This document shows, one piece after another, positions 28,116 through 41,300 of a stretch of DNA of 64,000 nt (position 1 is its first letter; each line of letters opens with the position of its first letter). The position numbers and the translations under genes were made by a program. Origin of the DNA: Octopus sinensis (lineage: Eukaryota). Under the pieces are notes generated by a model. That model was given only the letters and a program-made list of their open reading frames with translations, was not told the origin of the DNA and made no database searches. The DNA lies in NCBI RefSeq assembly GCF_006345805.1, contig NC_042999.1, positions 62,806,001 to 62,870,000 on the forward strand, given 5' to 3'.

Positions 28116-30559
28116 GGGGGGAAGAGGGAGAGGGATTATGTTTTGAAAATTTATTAGTTTTAGCTAAAATTTCAATAAAAACTTTGTCAAGAAAATATAT
28201 TTTGTTCAGATGAAAACTGGAATGCAGGAAAAAAAAAACGAAAAAAAAAAATCGAATATAAAATATCTGAATTTAGATTATGATTCCATTCTCCAATTAG
28301 TTTTGGTTTAAATCCTTATCCACATAGAAGACAACATATTGCCAGTTCTTAAAATATTACATGCAAAGCTACTGATGATTGGCCAGTCAGTAATAATCAG
28401 TTTAAAATAAACAAAGGTTATATATCTATGAGAAAAAAAAAACCCCATCATAATTACTTGACAGGGGTAAAAGCTTTCCTTCCAACACAGTGAATATCAT
28501 TAATGAACGAGAGACTGATTGGGGGTGGGGTTATAAAGTGATGATGTTAAAGAGGATAGATATTCAAATAAAAGATACTTTTATTATAAGGACAACATAT
28601 TGATCAAATAGACTGCTTCAAAATATATTTTTTTCCTTCCTTAAATAATGATTGTCAGATATTATCAGGGATAGTCAAGACAACAGATTGCCAAAATGAG
28701 TGCAACACTTTTCTACGTTTGAATTCTGCATGGACATTTAACTTTCATATTCTGGTTGATAAAATAAGTACCAATTAACACAGTGGAATGAATATAATCA
28801 ATACTATCTTTCCCTTAGAAAATATTGGACTTATGCCTTACCAAAAGAAAACAATATTTTAATAGTGAAAGGGTGTGACTCAGAGTAAGATTTAAACTGA
28901 AATCTATGAGGTATTTAATCAATTTAATCAAGAACTCTCCAGCCACAACACTTAAAACAATAACACCTAATTTAGACACAAGGCCAGCAATATTAAAGGG
29001 ACGTGGTTACTCACTTTATCAACCCCAGTAAATGATTGATACTTCACTTTATCAACTCTAATGAAAATAATGGTTTCAAATTTTGCCACAAGGGCAGCCA
29101 TTTTGGGGGAGGGGATGAGTCAACTACATTGACCCCAGTGTTTCACTGGTACTTAATTTATCAACCCCGAAAGGATGAAAGGCAAAGTCGACCTCGGCAG
29201 AATTTGAACTCAGAACATAGCAACAGACAAAATACCACTAAGCATGTCACCCGGCGTGCTAATGATTCTGCCAGCTCACCACCTAACCCTAATAATCTTT
29301 TCTACTCAAAGCACAAGGCCTGAAATTTTGGAGGAGAGAGCCAGTTGATTAGATCTACCTCAGTATGCAACTGGTACTTCTCACCACCTAACCCTAATAA
29401 TAATAATAATCCTTTCTACTATAGGCATAAGGCCAGCAATTTCAAGAAGAAGGAGCAAATCAATTACATCACTGTCTTACTTGACTGGTACTTAATTTTA
29501 TCAACCCTGAAAGAACAAAAGACACAGTTGACGTTGGCAGGATTTGAGCTCAGAATGTTAAGAGCCAGGAGATATGCCACTAATCATTTTGTCCAATGCT
29601 CTAACAATTCTGCCAGTAAGTTTGAGAGGAGGGCCTTAGTTGATGCCATTGACTTCTGTATTTGACTAGTACTTTATTTTATCGACCATTGAGGGATTAA
29701 AGGTAAAGATAACCTAGGTAGGTTTTGAACTCAGACTAGAAAAAAAAAACTGGAACAAATACCACAAAGGCCTTAGAAAAATTTCTTACACAGGCAAAAA
29801 GCTATATATTTTGCAGGTGAAACTAGTTGAAGTATGCATTTTTATCTGAGATGTTACTGGTTCAGCTAATCCACCATCCTTAATGATGTTTTGAATTTTG
29901 GAGCAAGGCCAGTAATTTTATGGGGAAGATGTAAGTCAATTGAATTGACACTAGTACTTGACTGGTACTTTATTTTATCTAGCCTGAAAGGATTAAAAGC
30001 AAAGTTGACCTTGATAGAATTTGAACTCAGAACAAAAACAGCTGGAAGAGATGTTGCAAATCATTTTGTCTGATGCACTAACAATTCTGCCAGCTGGCTA
30101 CTCAAAAATTATTTCTAATTTTGGCACAAGGCCAGCAATTTTACAGGAACAGGGGTGTAGGTCAATACCATCAATACCAGTATGTTACTGGTACTCAATT
30201 TTATCAATTGCAGAAAAATAAAAAGTAAAATTGACCTCAATGGTATTTGAACTCAGAATGTAATGAATTGCAACTAAATACCATAAGCAATTTTGTCTGA
30301 TACTCTACTGATTCCACAAATCCACCACCCTTAATAATAATGATAATTCTTTCTACTAAAGGCACAAGGCCTGAAATTTTTGGGGTGGAGACAAGTCGAT
30401 TACATCAACTCCAGTGTTTCACTGGTACTTAATTTATTGACCCTGAAATGATGAAAGGCAAAGTCGACCTCAGTGGAATTTGAACTCAGAATGTAAGGAC
30501 AGATGAAATGCTGCTAAGCATTTCGCCTGGCATGCTAACTATTCTGCCAGCTTGCTGCC

Positions 30560-30590
<31 letters not shown>

Positions 30591-31800
30591 TTTCAAATTT
30601 TGCCACAGGGTCAGCAATTTTAAGGGAGAGGATGAGTTGATTACGTCGACCCCAGTGTTCAACTGGAACTTATTTTATTGACCTCGAAAGGATGAAAGGT
30701 AAAATCAAACTTGGTGGAATCTTAATGATGATGATGATGATGATGACGATACTGATGATGATATAATTTGGCTTATTTAAAAATAATGTTATTAAACTCA
30801 CCTGAAAATGGCTAGGTGAATGTGATTGTGCACACAAGGTATTGCTGTAATAGCCACACCTGGTAAGGCAATGGAGTACCTTATCTGCCCCTGGCCTCAG
30901 GCCTGGAGCATACCACAGATGTTTAGGCTACAACAAAAGAATGACAACACATTCCAAAAGTAAGAAATAGTGAGAGCACAAGACTAAAAATACAAACGAA
31001 GAAGTGAGCTTGCAATGCAATTAGGATGCAGCGTGACAGCTCATTAGAAAAGATGCTGACTAAAGTTAATTAGCTGCTGACATGCAAGTTATGATGCATA
31101 CAGCTCTGGGTTTCTTTCTCTCTATAAAGACTTTCTCAGCATTTGTATATAATTTTGAAAAAAATGCCTTTACGACAAGCAAATGATAAGGTTACCAAAA
31201 TATAAACAAAGGTACAGAGTGTAAAGCTCATTTAAGCCAACTTTTAACCACTTCACTTAGTATAAATCTCACACCTTTAGCCCTTCATTTTCAGACAGCT
31301 CCCAAGATATTTTCAGATTTTGATTTTGGTTCATCACTTCCTAGCAAGCAGAACACACACATGTACTGACATGCGCATGCATGTGTGTGCACATGGACAC
31401 ACAAACACGAATTTACTATTGAGAACTAGTTAAGCAAATGTCTAATTTGTTTATGATGCACTACACTTTTCTTCAACATCATTTCACATAATAGACTTCC
31501 TTCAGTGATTAAGTGGAAAAATATATTTTGTTTCCTGTATGATTTAGTCTCAATATGCCAATATAGATATTTGGTGTGATATTAAACCACAAAAACACAA
31601 TGAGACTAAAATGGTAGCACATAAACTTCTACTTAAGAATCTGAGTGATATTAGAATTGAGATTTGCATTGTCAACTTGCAGAAAAGTGCAATCTTGCAT
31701 CTTGCAAAAATCTTAAGAAAGATTCTTGAGATTAGAGGAAATCTATTATCCCCAAACCTCAAGACAACATCCCTGCCAACTAATGTAGAACATAACAGCT

Positions 31801-31835
<35 letters not shown>

Positions 31836-32323
31836 CCTTTCTACTATAGAGACAAGGCCTGAAATTTTTGTGGTAAGGGATAGTCAATTACATTGCCTCT
31901 AATGCTGGACTGGTACCTATTTCATTGATTCCGTAGGGGTGAAAGGCAAAGTCGACCCTGATGGGATTCAAACTCAGCACCTAGAGACAGGTGAATGCTG
32001 CTAAGCATTTTGTCTAGCATGCTAATGATTCTGCCAGCTCACTGCCTTTTTAATAATAATGTTAGTAAAAATATTTTTTTTTATTGGTTGACAAGAACTC
32101 AAAAAGTTGAGGAAAGAAAAATGGAATGCAAGAACGGTGAAGTTTACATGGAAACAAGTAACTTCAACAACAATTTAAAAATTAACAAGGTGTAGGAGTG
32201 GCTGTGCAGTAAGTAGCTTGCTTATGAACCACATGGTTCTGGGTTCAGTTCAACTACTATAGCCTCAGGTCAACCAAAGCCTTGTGAGTGGATTTGGTAG
32301 ACGGAAACTGAAGGAAGCCTGTC

Positions 32324-32397
<74 letters not shown>

Positions 32398-35297
32398 TAT
32401 ATATGTATGTATGTATGTATGTGTGTGTATATGTTTGTGTGTCTGTGTTTGTCCCCGTAACTTAGCAGTTCGACAAAAGAGACCGATAGACTAAGTACTA
32501 GGCTTACAAAGTATAAGTCCTGGGTCGATGTGTTTGACTAAAGGTGGTGCTCCAGCATGGCCACAGTCAAATGACTGAAAAGAGTAAAAGAGTAAAGAGA
32601 GTGATGGAGACAGCCACTTAGGACTAATCAAGAAACTTCAGGGATCCAAGATTACCTTGACTACCAATGGAAAGGTCCTTCCCAGCTGTTATTTTCCTTT
32701 CCACCTACAGGTACATGCTGAAAATAAGTCCCTTCACTTGGATCATGCTTACCACTCTCACTCACCTTTCAACTAATTTACTAGAAGGTAGCATTTTCCA
32801 CTATCTGCATTAGTTTTCATCAGTTACTGAATTGTATTTTCTTGTAAATCTAAACCACGAAAAAGATTCTAGTGTGCAATAAATGAGACAACTAAGCACT
32901 GAGTTTATTCTACTCACTCTATAATGAACAAAACATACATATGTTATTTCCAACTAAGGTATTTTCAAATAATGCCAGTCATATCAGCTAATACTACAAT
33001 TCCTCAAGATAATATCACTCCTAACCAACACTGAGAACTTTATAAAAATGATATTGTAAAAAAATACATTATGAGCTATATGGTTTCACTGGATCTCTTA
33101 TTGAATTAATTTGTCTAAAAATTACTGTAGAGAAATCAGAAATAATATTTTAAATGCACCCCTACCCCAAAAAAAGCCAAAAAGGAAAAAATGGAGATGG
33201 GGCTTGACATTTCCATGCGTTTTATAGTTTTGATTTAAGTAAAATAGTCACAAAGAAGTTGATTGATGTAATAAAAATGTCAACTGATGGTAAAAAATCC
33301 GGTTCCTATCAGATCAATGAACTTTGGAAAACATTAGACCATATTGGTATTTGGTAGACATTTTGAAAAATTCATTCCTGAGCAAAATGCATCAAAACAG
33401 TTCTCTACTAGTTTGCAAAATGAAGAACAATGCATGTCTAAATATTTCAAATAAGGCGACAACCATAAGTTTACATAAGGAAAATTTACATCAGGCCAGG
33501 AATATACTTGTAAACTAAAAATATGCATTGCAGTCAAGTTTGAATCTTCATGTACATAATAAAAGAAATAAATGAAAAAAAAAGGAAGATTTTCAAATAT
33601 AAAAATGATTCAGAATTGGAGTAGATGTAGAGAGAAAATTCATTCCATTGATGTGCACAACTTGGACTAAGATGCATAAATAAATTTAATAATTTATCTT
33701 TTATAGAAACTTCAACCTAAAATAATAATTCAAATGAAGTTTTAGTGTTAAAAATGCTAGACTTTAAAAGAAGTGTTTTTAATAACTACAGCTAATTTCA
33801 GTTATTTCAAAAGTAAGATGTAACCTAGCAGTAAAAGTTACTACTCACTCCTCTAAATTGCCCAACCCAAAATTAAAATAATGCTTGGAGTATAAACACC
33901 ATTTTATTGATTCAAAAGGGAAGATAAGTAAAGCTGATCTATAGCGGGTTTGAACTGAGACAAGAGAAGGCAAAAATCTATGTATGTTGTCTGTAAAAGA
34001 AATCAAACTTTTAAACCATTACACTAACTAGCCAGTGTAGCATCCTTGTAACCATAGCATGCATGCAACTGCAATGATGTATACAAATGACCTTCACCTT
34101 TTGTTTAATCACAGCCAATGCACACCACATTAGTTAGTCACTGACCTACATGTATTACAGTGAATGTAGGCTTAGTGTGATTGGCAGTTTAAGAATAAAA
34201 GGTTTAGAAGAGCAATGTTTTTGTGCAAAATATTGTTTCAAATTGAGAAAACCTTTAACTAAGACATTTCTAATGTTATGAGGAGTGTTGTGTGAGACAT
34301 ATACAATGTCATGAGTAGAAAATAATCTCAAACCTGAATGAAGTTATATAAAAACAGACAACAATCACACTGTGAAAGCATGTGCTGTGACCCATGAAAA
34401 TTGTCACCCAATTGTTAGTGAAGTTTCCAAAGAAGTAGTCATCTGTAAAGGTTTGTGTCCTATGATTTTGAAAAGGAAAATTGAATATGTATGATGTTGC
34501 AAAATTTGTGTTGCTTTTGCTGACAAATGAACAAAAAGAGAAGAATCATGTTACACTCAGTCAGGAGCTGTTTCTTTTGTTTTTCTGTCAGAGAAAACTT
34601 CCTGTAAAGTGTCATAACAGAAGAAATATGGGTGTAGGGTTATGATGAATTGAAGAGGCAATTGTCACAATAGCTTAAATTATCACGGTTCTGATCCATT
34701 CAAATATGAAACTGGTTTTGATAATAAGGATGTTACTCATGAATTTGTTCCATGTAGTTATTCAATTAATAAAGAATTTTAACTGGATGTTTTGAGATTT
34801 TTGAGGGAGGCAGTGGGAAGGTAGAGGCCTGAGACATGAACAAACAAAACAGGTTACATTACAACAGCACACTTGATCATGCATTATTCTGTGACATTTA
34901 GGCAAAGCATGAGGCACTTCTCTGGACTTGGCTTCTATGACCATTTTTGTTCACAAAGTTGAAATTAACCCTGAAAGGTCATTGACTTCAGGTAACAGAA
35001 GAAATCAAGAAAAATTTACTCTTAGCTGCACACTACCACTGAAAGCATATTCCAAATTGGAAAAATTTTGAGTGGTATATCCATAGTGGTGGGGGACTAT
35101 TTTGAAGGAGACAAGTCTGATTAAATTCTAAGTAAAGCAATATATGTATTTTTGGTGAAGCTGATATATTCATTTTCCCACATGAACCTACTTGGGAAAA
35201 AGAGTAGCAATTGTCTCTCCAGCCTGTGGAAAAGTGAAACCAGCACTGTCACTAAGACATGGTAAAACAACAGAATTATGACTTCCCCTAGGAAACA

Positions 35298-35334
<37 letters not shown>

Positions 35335-38300
35335 AATTAACACTTCCTTCTCCAAGCCTAGATTCAAAACCGAATCCAAGAATTCCAAACCACGACGATC
35401 AATAGGCGCGAAAAAGGTTTTCTTTGTCCTGTCAAAAACTGATTGATCATCTCCCTTTGACCTGCAACCTCAGCATGTCAGGCAAGTTCAACTGGACAGG
35501 GGCTGACCTATTTAGGTACAAACTCTGCTGCAGTATGTCTGTCTTTCTAGCTGCCACGACTTATTATAAATATAGTGGTGAAACAAGAAAGGCAGGCAGA
35601 CAGACGAGAAAGATCTACGACACGACAGGTTTTGGCAGACCGCAGAGACTGAGAGAAATGTTCGAAGTGTCACGATAGACTACTGTCTCAAATGATTCAC
35701 GCACACACACAAACATATTCATTCCTGATATGACTTCCATGAATGTACTCTGTATTTCTTGCAACTCGTAGCAGTTGCCAACATTTTGTATGTAGTCTAC
35801 CTATAATGAATCAAATCCTGTAAATAAATTCTTTTCAATTATGGATCGGTTTACGTATTTGTTTACATACACACTTAACCACTACATATATATATCATAA
35901 ATTACGAATATATTAAAATTACAGTGTACATTTAGTATGATTTATTGTTCATATAATCCTTAACAGATGTGCTGTTAGTATAGTTAAGTTGTTAATATAC
36001 TAACTAATTAACTGTTAAGATATTGATATAAATGATATTAGACATTATAAGCACCAATTTCTGATAGAAAAGTAAAACTGACCATTTATCTATCACTTAT
36101 TGAATCATTGTTAACAATAAACTGTGGGGTGTTTCATCAGGTAATGCAAACTGTTTCTGCTATATGGCTGACAAAATATTCACAAGATACTTTGTCAGTC
36201 ATTTAGCACCAGTAATACTAGTTAATATAAAGTTTTATAATACAAAATGGTGTATGATTAACTGTAATTAATATACATACTGTATATAACATTTTAAGCT
36301 AAGTTAGTATTGTTTTCAATCTCACTTCATATTGTTTAGCATACAATGCAGTTAGACTAGATATAAACACATAAAAGATTATTTTTAAAGAAGGATAGAG
36401 TGAAAATGTATTTAATAAAAGGAAGTTCAGTCTAATCAAATAAACAAACAATTGAAAATTAAGCAAGAGAGAAGAAACAGAAATTGTACTGAAAAGCTGA
36501 ATGTAACTACAGAGTAAATGTTTTACTCTGGGAAAAATATTTGAAACAATATGGAAATGAAAAGTAAGTGTATGTGTTGTGCATAAAAGAGATGCATGAA
36601 AAGGAAACAAGAAAAGTAAAAACATGCCAATCATGAAAAGAAGCATGACATACAGAAAATATAGACGTTTTTGGATAGCAAGCAGTGAAGTGAAGCTTGA
36701 ATGCATTTAAAGAGATCTATGACCAACTGATCTTGCCCTCGTTAACAGACTAGCAGGCTACAATCAGGATGCAGTATGAGACATTTGATAATCACATGAT
36801 ACACAAGAAACAACAACAATACTGGTTTCTTATATAAGCACAAGGCCAGACATTTGTAGGAGGTGGAGAGAGTTGATTGATTGGACTCCAGTATTTGACT
36901 GGCACTTATCATTGACGTTATGAGAGGCAAAGCTGATCTCAGCAGGATTTGAACTAAGAAGGTGTGATCATGTTAAATATTGCAAAGCAATTCTACAGAG
37001 TCAAGAGTAACATAAAGGAAGATGAAGAAGCAATAAGTTGGCAGAAATGAGGAACACCTTACATTTTTTCCTTTTTTTTTTCTTTTTGTAATTGCTGGGT
37101 CTAAGGGAAAGGAGAAGTGCCAATAGCCTTTGCAGGACCTCCTAGACTAATGAGGTCCTTGCCATTACTGTTCCTTTTGAATATTTAAAGTAACATGAAT
37201 TTCAAAAGAGCAATGTTCAGGAACAAATGGTTAACATGTAGTGATTGGGAGGTTTGATACACAAGGATGATGAAGGAGGAGAGACAAGAGTCTAACCAAC
37301 CCAAAAGAACAAAGATCACTATAGTAGCAAAACAAAGGGTAAAGAAAGAAGCATGCTTGTGGGCCAGAGGCTGGGGCATGTATTTGAGTACCTTTATGCC
37401 CATCTGTCTGGTGACTATTTTCTGGATGCAATCTAGATGTTGCCAGATGTTGTGATGCACTCAACATTTGGAACAATTGTAAGGTTTTTAGCTATGTGCT
37501 GGTTATGATCAAGGCAAGGAGTGCAATGGTGTTTTCTTGATGTAAATAACATTTTGACTATTTTGTTGTAGAAAGAGACAAGATTGGTATATCCCCACTG
37601 GAAATTGCTTTTAAGGTCACTGCTTAGGGAGACAGAGAGGGTTTGGTGTGTAGGATCAAGGTTGTGAGTGAAAGTTAGGGAAGAATGAAGGGTAGTGTCA
37701 TCTGTGTAAGAATGGCTGTTGTTGGATGTGATGGTAAATCATTGATGAAAGATAGTGGAAGTTAAGACTGACTTTTTGGGTACACTGAAGTTGATAGATG
37801 GTGGAACCCATAGGTGGGCAGTTTCCATGAGATTCACAAGGTAGACATGGTTGAAAGCTTTGCTCATATCAAGAGTGATAAGATTGCTTTGGTTAAATTT
37901 CTCAAAGGCAAGAACCCACTAGTAAGAGATATAGAAAAGCAAGTCACTAGTGGATATGACTTAATGAAAACAAGATTGGTGGTTGCTAAGGAGAGAGAGA
38001 TAAGGAGATTAAAGATGCTGGAGGATGTCTGTGTTAATGACTTTTGCCATTACCTTGAACCTCTTGTAAAGCAGACAAGTGTGAAAAAAGGATAAAGAAT
38101 TTGAGGAAAATGATGTTGAGAGATGACAAGTAAAGTAAAAAATTTCAAATTGATGAGAAGTGTAAAAGAAGGCACATCAAGTCAATTTAGCTATGAATAA
38201 AATTAAATGGGGTTTGTGAGTCTAAAGAAGCTATACATAGTTGCTTGATCTTCTAAAAATAAGTCAACTTTCCCTCCTATTATAATTTACCATCTTTAAA

Positions 38301-41300
38301 AAAGGAATGACTTTGGATCCAGTTGTACTAGGAAGTGCACAAATACTACATAGAGTAATTTCAATACAAAAGAAATACACAAAATTAAAGCAGAACATAC
38401 CCAAGATGCATAGAGTTGTGCTTGAGACTGTAATAAAAGCATGCAATTAATAAGTCTGCTGAACAATAATAATGTTCCTAATATAGACACAAGGCCTGAA
38501 GTTTTGTAAGGAGGGAGTTAGTCAATTAAACTGATCCTAGTACTTGACAGACATTTTATTTTATCAACCCCAAATGGATGAAAGGTAACTTTGTAGTTTG
38601 TTTAAGTAATATGCTTTGCAACATTCTTCTCCATTCTAAACTGTTTAGTAGAAGTCAGTTACTTTACAGTATTGAGATAAAACATGGAATAAGTTAAGTC
38701 ATTGCTCCAAGCATCATAAAATAAAAATTGTTTATTTTAGCTTGTGCATCACAGCAAACATTACAACTTCACCACCGCAGATATCCATAGATTTTGCAAA
38801 TAGAAAGAGTGCCAGGATATGTTAGTAGTTTGCTTTCCACACCAGAACACAAACAACATTGAATATACAGTATATGAAATATATCCACAAAATATAAAAA
38901 GAGAATGAGCCAAAATATAAGGGCTAAAATGGAACAATAATAAACGATAAAGTAATAAAAAGATAAACAAAACCCAGATTGTTAAAAGTTTAAGTGTAAA
39001 TAGCTGCTGCATTCAATGTGCATTTAAAAAAGGCAGTTAAGAGGCTAAAATTGAAAATACGGAAAATTCCAATAAATTTTAAATACAACCTGATCTAAAA
39101 AAAAATTAATATTTTTTTTTCTATCTCAAAAATGGGTCTTTCTTCCTAAGAAGTAAAATAATTTAACAAGCAAGAATGTACAATGAAAGAGAAAAAAATT
39201 TTGAAAGTGTTGATGGAAATGTCCAATAAAAAAAAAAAAAAAAGACAAACAAAAAAAAAACAGCCATGGCAGACAATAGGCTTTACAAAGAGAGTTACAA
39301 CCTGAAAGGTTTCTCTGCTGTTACTCATGTGGCACTGTGTACTGCATGGAGTTGAAGAAAAGCACATACAGCCAACACCATGGAACTGGTGAAGGTAGCA
39401 AAAGGTGGTTATTAAAAGATTAACATTAGAATTGCCATAAATAAATAGTAAAATAAAAGTTTTAAAAATATGAAGAAAGTAAAAAAATAAATGTTGAAAT
39501 ATAAAAGAAGTCTAAGTAAAAATTGAAAATAGCTTGCAAATAAATAAAAGTAAGCATTCAAATGTATGAACTTAAAAGGATTTATTGAACTTTGAATATC
39601 TTGCCATCACAAATGTGATTAATCTTATTAAAAGGACTTTAGATCAACCTGCTGCCACCACCATGACCACCATCCACACACTTCAATTCATCATTACCAT
39701 CACTGCTGAGACCCCCTTCAGTATGACTGACCATAGGATTGCACCTAGAAAGTTACCCTCCCAGGTACAAGTCCAGGCAAGGTTGTTTATGGAAGGCCAG
39801 CAGTCGCCCATGCATACTGGCCTCCCGTCTCCATGCCACCAGTGTTATCCAAGGGAAAGGCAAAGGCCGATACAGCTTGGCACCTGTGACGTTGCATCTC
39901 ATTTCTACAGTTGAGTGAACTGGAGCAACGTGAAATAAAGTGTCTTGCTCAAGAACACAACACGCAGCCCGGTCCGGGATTCAAACTCACAACCTCACAA
40001 TCGTAAGCTCGATGCTCTAACCACTGAGCCATGTTCCTTCACTAACCATCACTAACCATAATGTAATCAATGGCATCAAGTGAGTCTCTACATGGTCTCT
40101 CCAGCTGCTAGAAATAGCAACCAATTCTCCTTCAAATCACCCCTATACATAAGCTTAAACAAGAGTAATGACCTTTTTTTTTTAAATTCCCGACATACCA
40201 ATTCATGTAAAACTCAACTGATTTCACAAGTGATGCATCACACATCACTAACACATACCAACACAATCGACTCATCTCATTAATCTACTATTCACATCTT
40301 CTGCAAACATTGGCTATATCTTTCATAATGTCAGGTATAATAATTTTTTTATGTCCCATTCTTCAACTTTTCTAGACTCTAGAGATAGACAAAACAAGAC
40401 CAATCACATACAAATAATAATGCAACTGCAAACACTATCATCATTACCATCACGACCCATAATGTCGTAATCAATGGCATCAAGTGAGCTTGAGTCTCTA
40501 CATGGTTTCTCCAGCTACTAGAAATAGCAACCAATTCTCCTTCAAATCACATGCTACCATCTTAAAAAGGGAAGGGGAGAATGGAAAATGTAATTTTAAA
40601 GGCATGATTTTAGCCTGGCTATGGAAAAGTAAACAAGGTAGTTACCCAATAAGTTTTTATCTTCCTGGGAACAAAAAAAGTGAGAATGATTGGGCTACTT
40701 TGTCTTCTTAGAGAAAGAATAACCATTTTTGGTCCACAGAGAGATTAGTGGTATATAGCTATTTATAGCGTATACAAACCAGGACTCAGCTAAACTGATG
40801 CAGCTTCCTGGCTTCCCAGACCCCAGTCAAACCATCCAACCCACGCCAGCATGGAAAGCGGATGTCAAACGATGATAATGATATGTGTGTGTGTGTGTGT
40901 GTATATATGTATAAAACACCATCCGTATGTGGCCAATGCCAGTGCCACCTTGACTGGCTTCCATGTCAGTGGCACGTAAAAACCACCAACTGATCATGGT
41001 TGTTGCCAGCCTCCCCTGGCACCTGTGCCGGTGGTACGTAAAAAGCACCCACTACACTCATGGAGTGGTTGGCATTAGGAAGGGCATCCAGCTGTAGGAA
41101 CACTGCCAGATCAGACTGGATCCTGGTACAGCCTCCTGGTTTCCCAGACCCCGGTCGAACCGTACAACCCATGTCAGCATGGAAAACGGACGTTAAATGA
41201 TGATCATCATATATATATATAAATAATTAATGAGAGACAGAAGATGGAAGATGCAAGAAAGTTTACTGATCACTATAAATGTTTTGACCTATCTAGCATC

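Noticed and set aside
35188-35388. 66-aa ORF beside the CpG-rich island
   Set aside because: TTG start, runs through a (TA)n tract, and its donor phase does not match the downstream exons.
36299-36706. 135-aa hydrophobic ORF suggesting a nested membrane-protein gene
   Set aside because: An F/L/I-rich translation of the complement of A-rich DNA, with no motifs or splice support.
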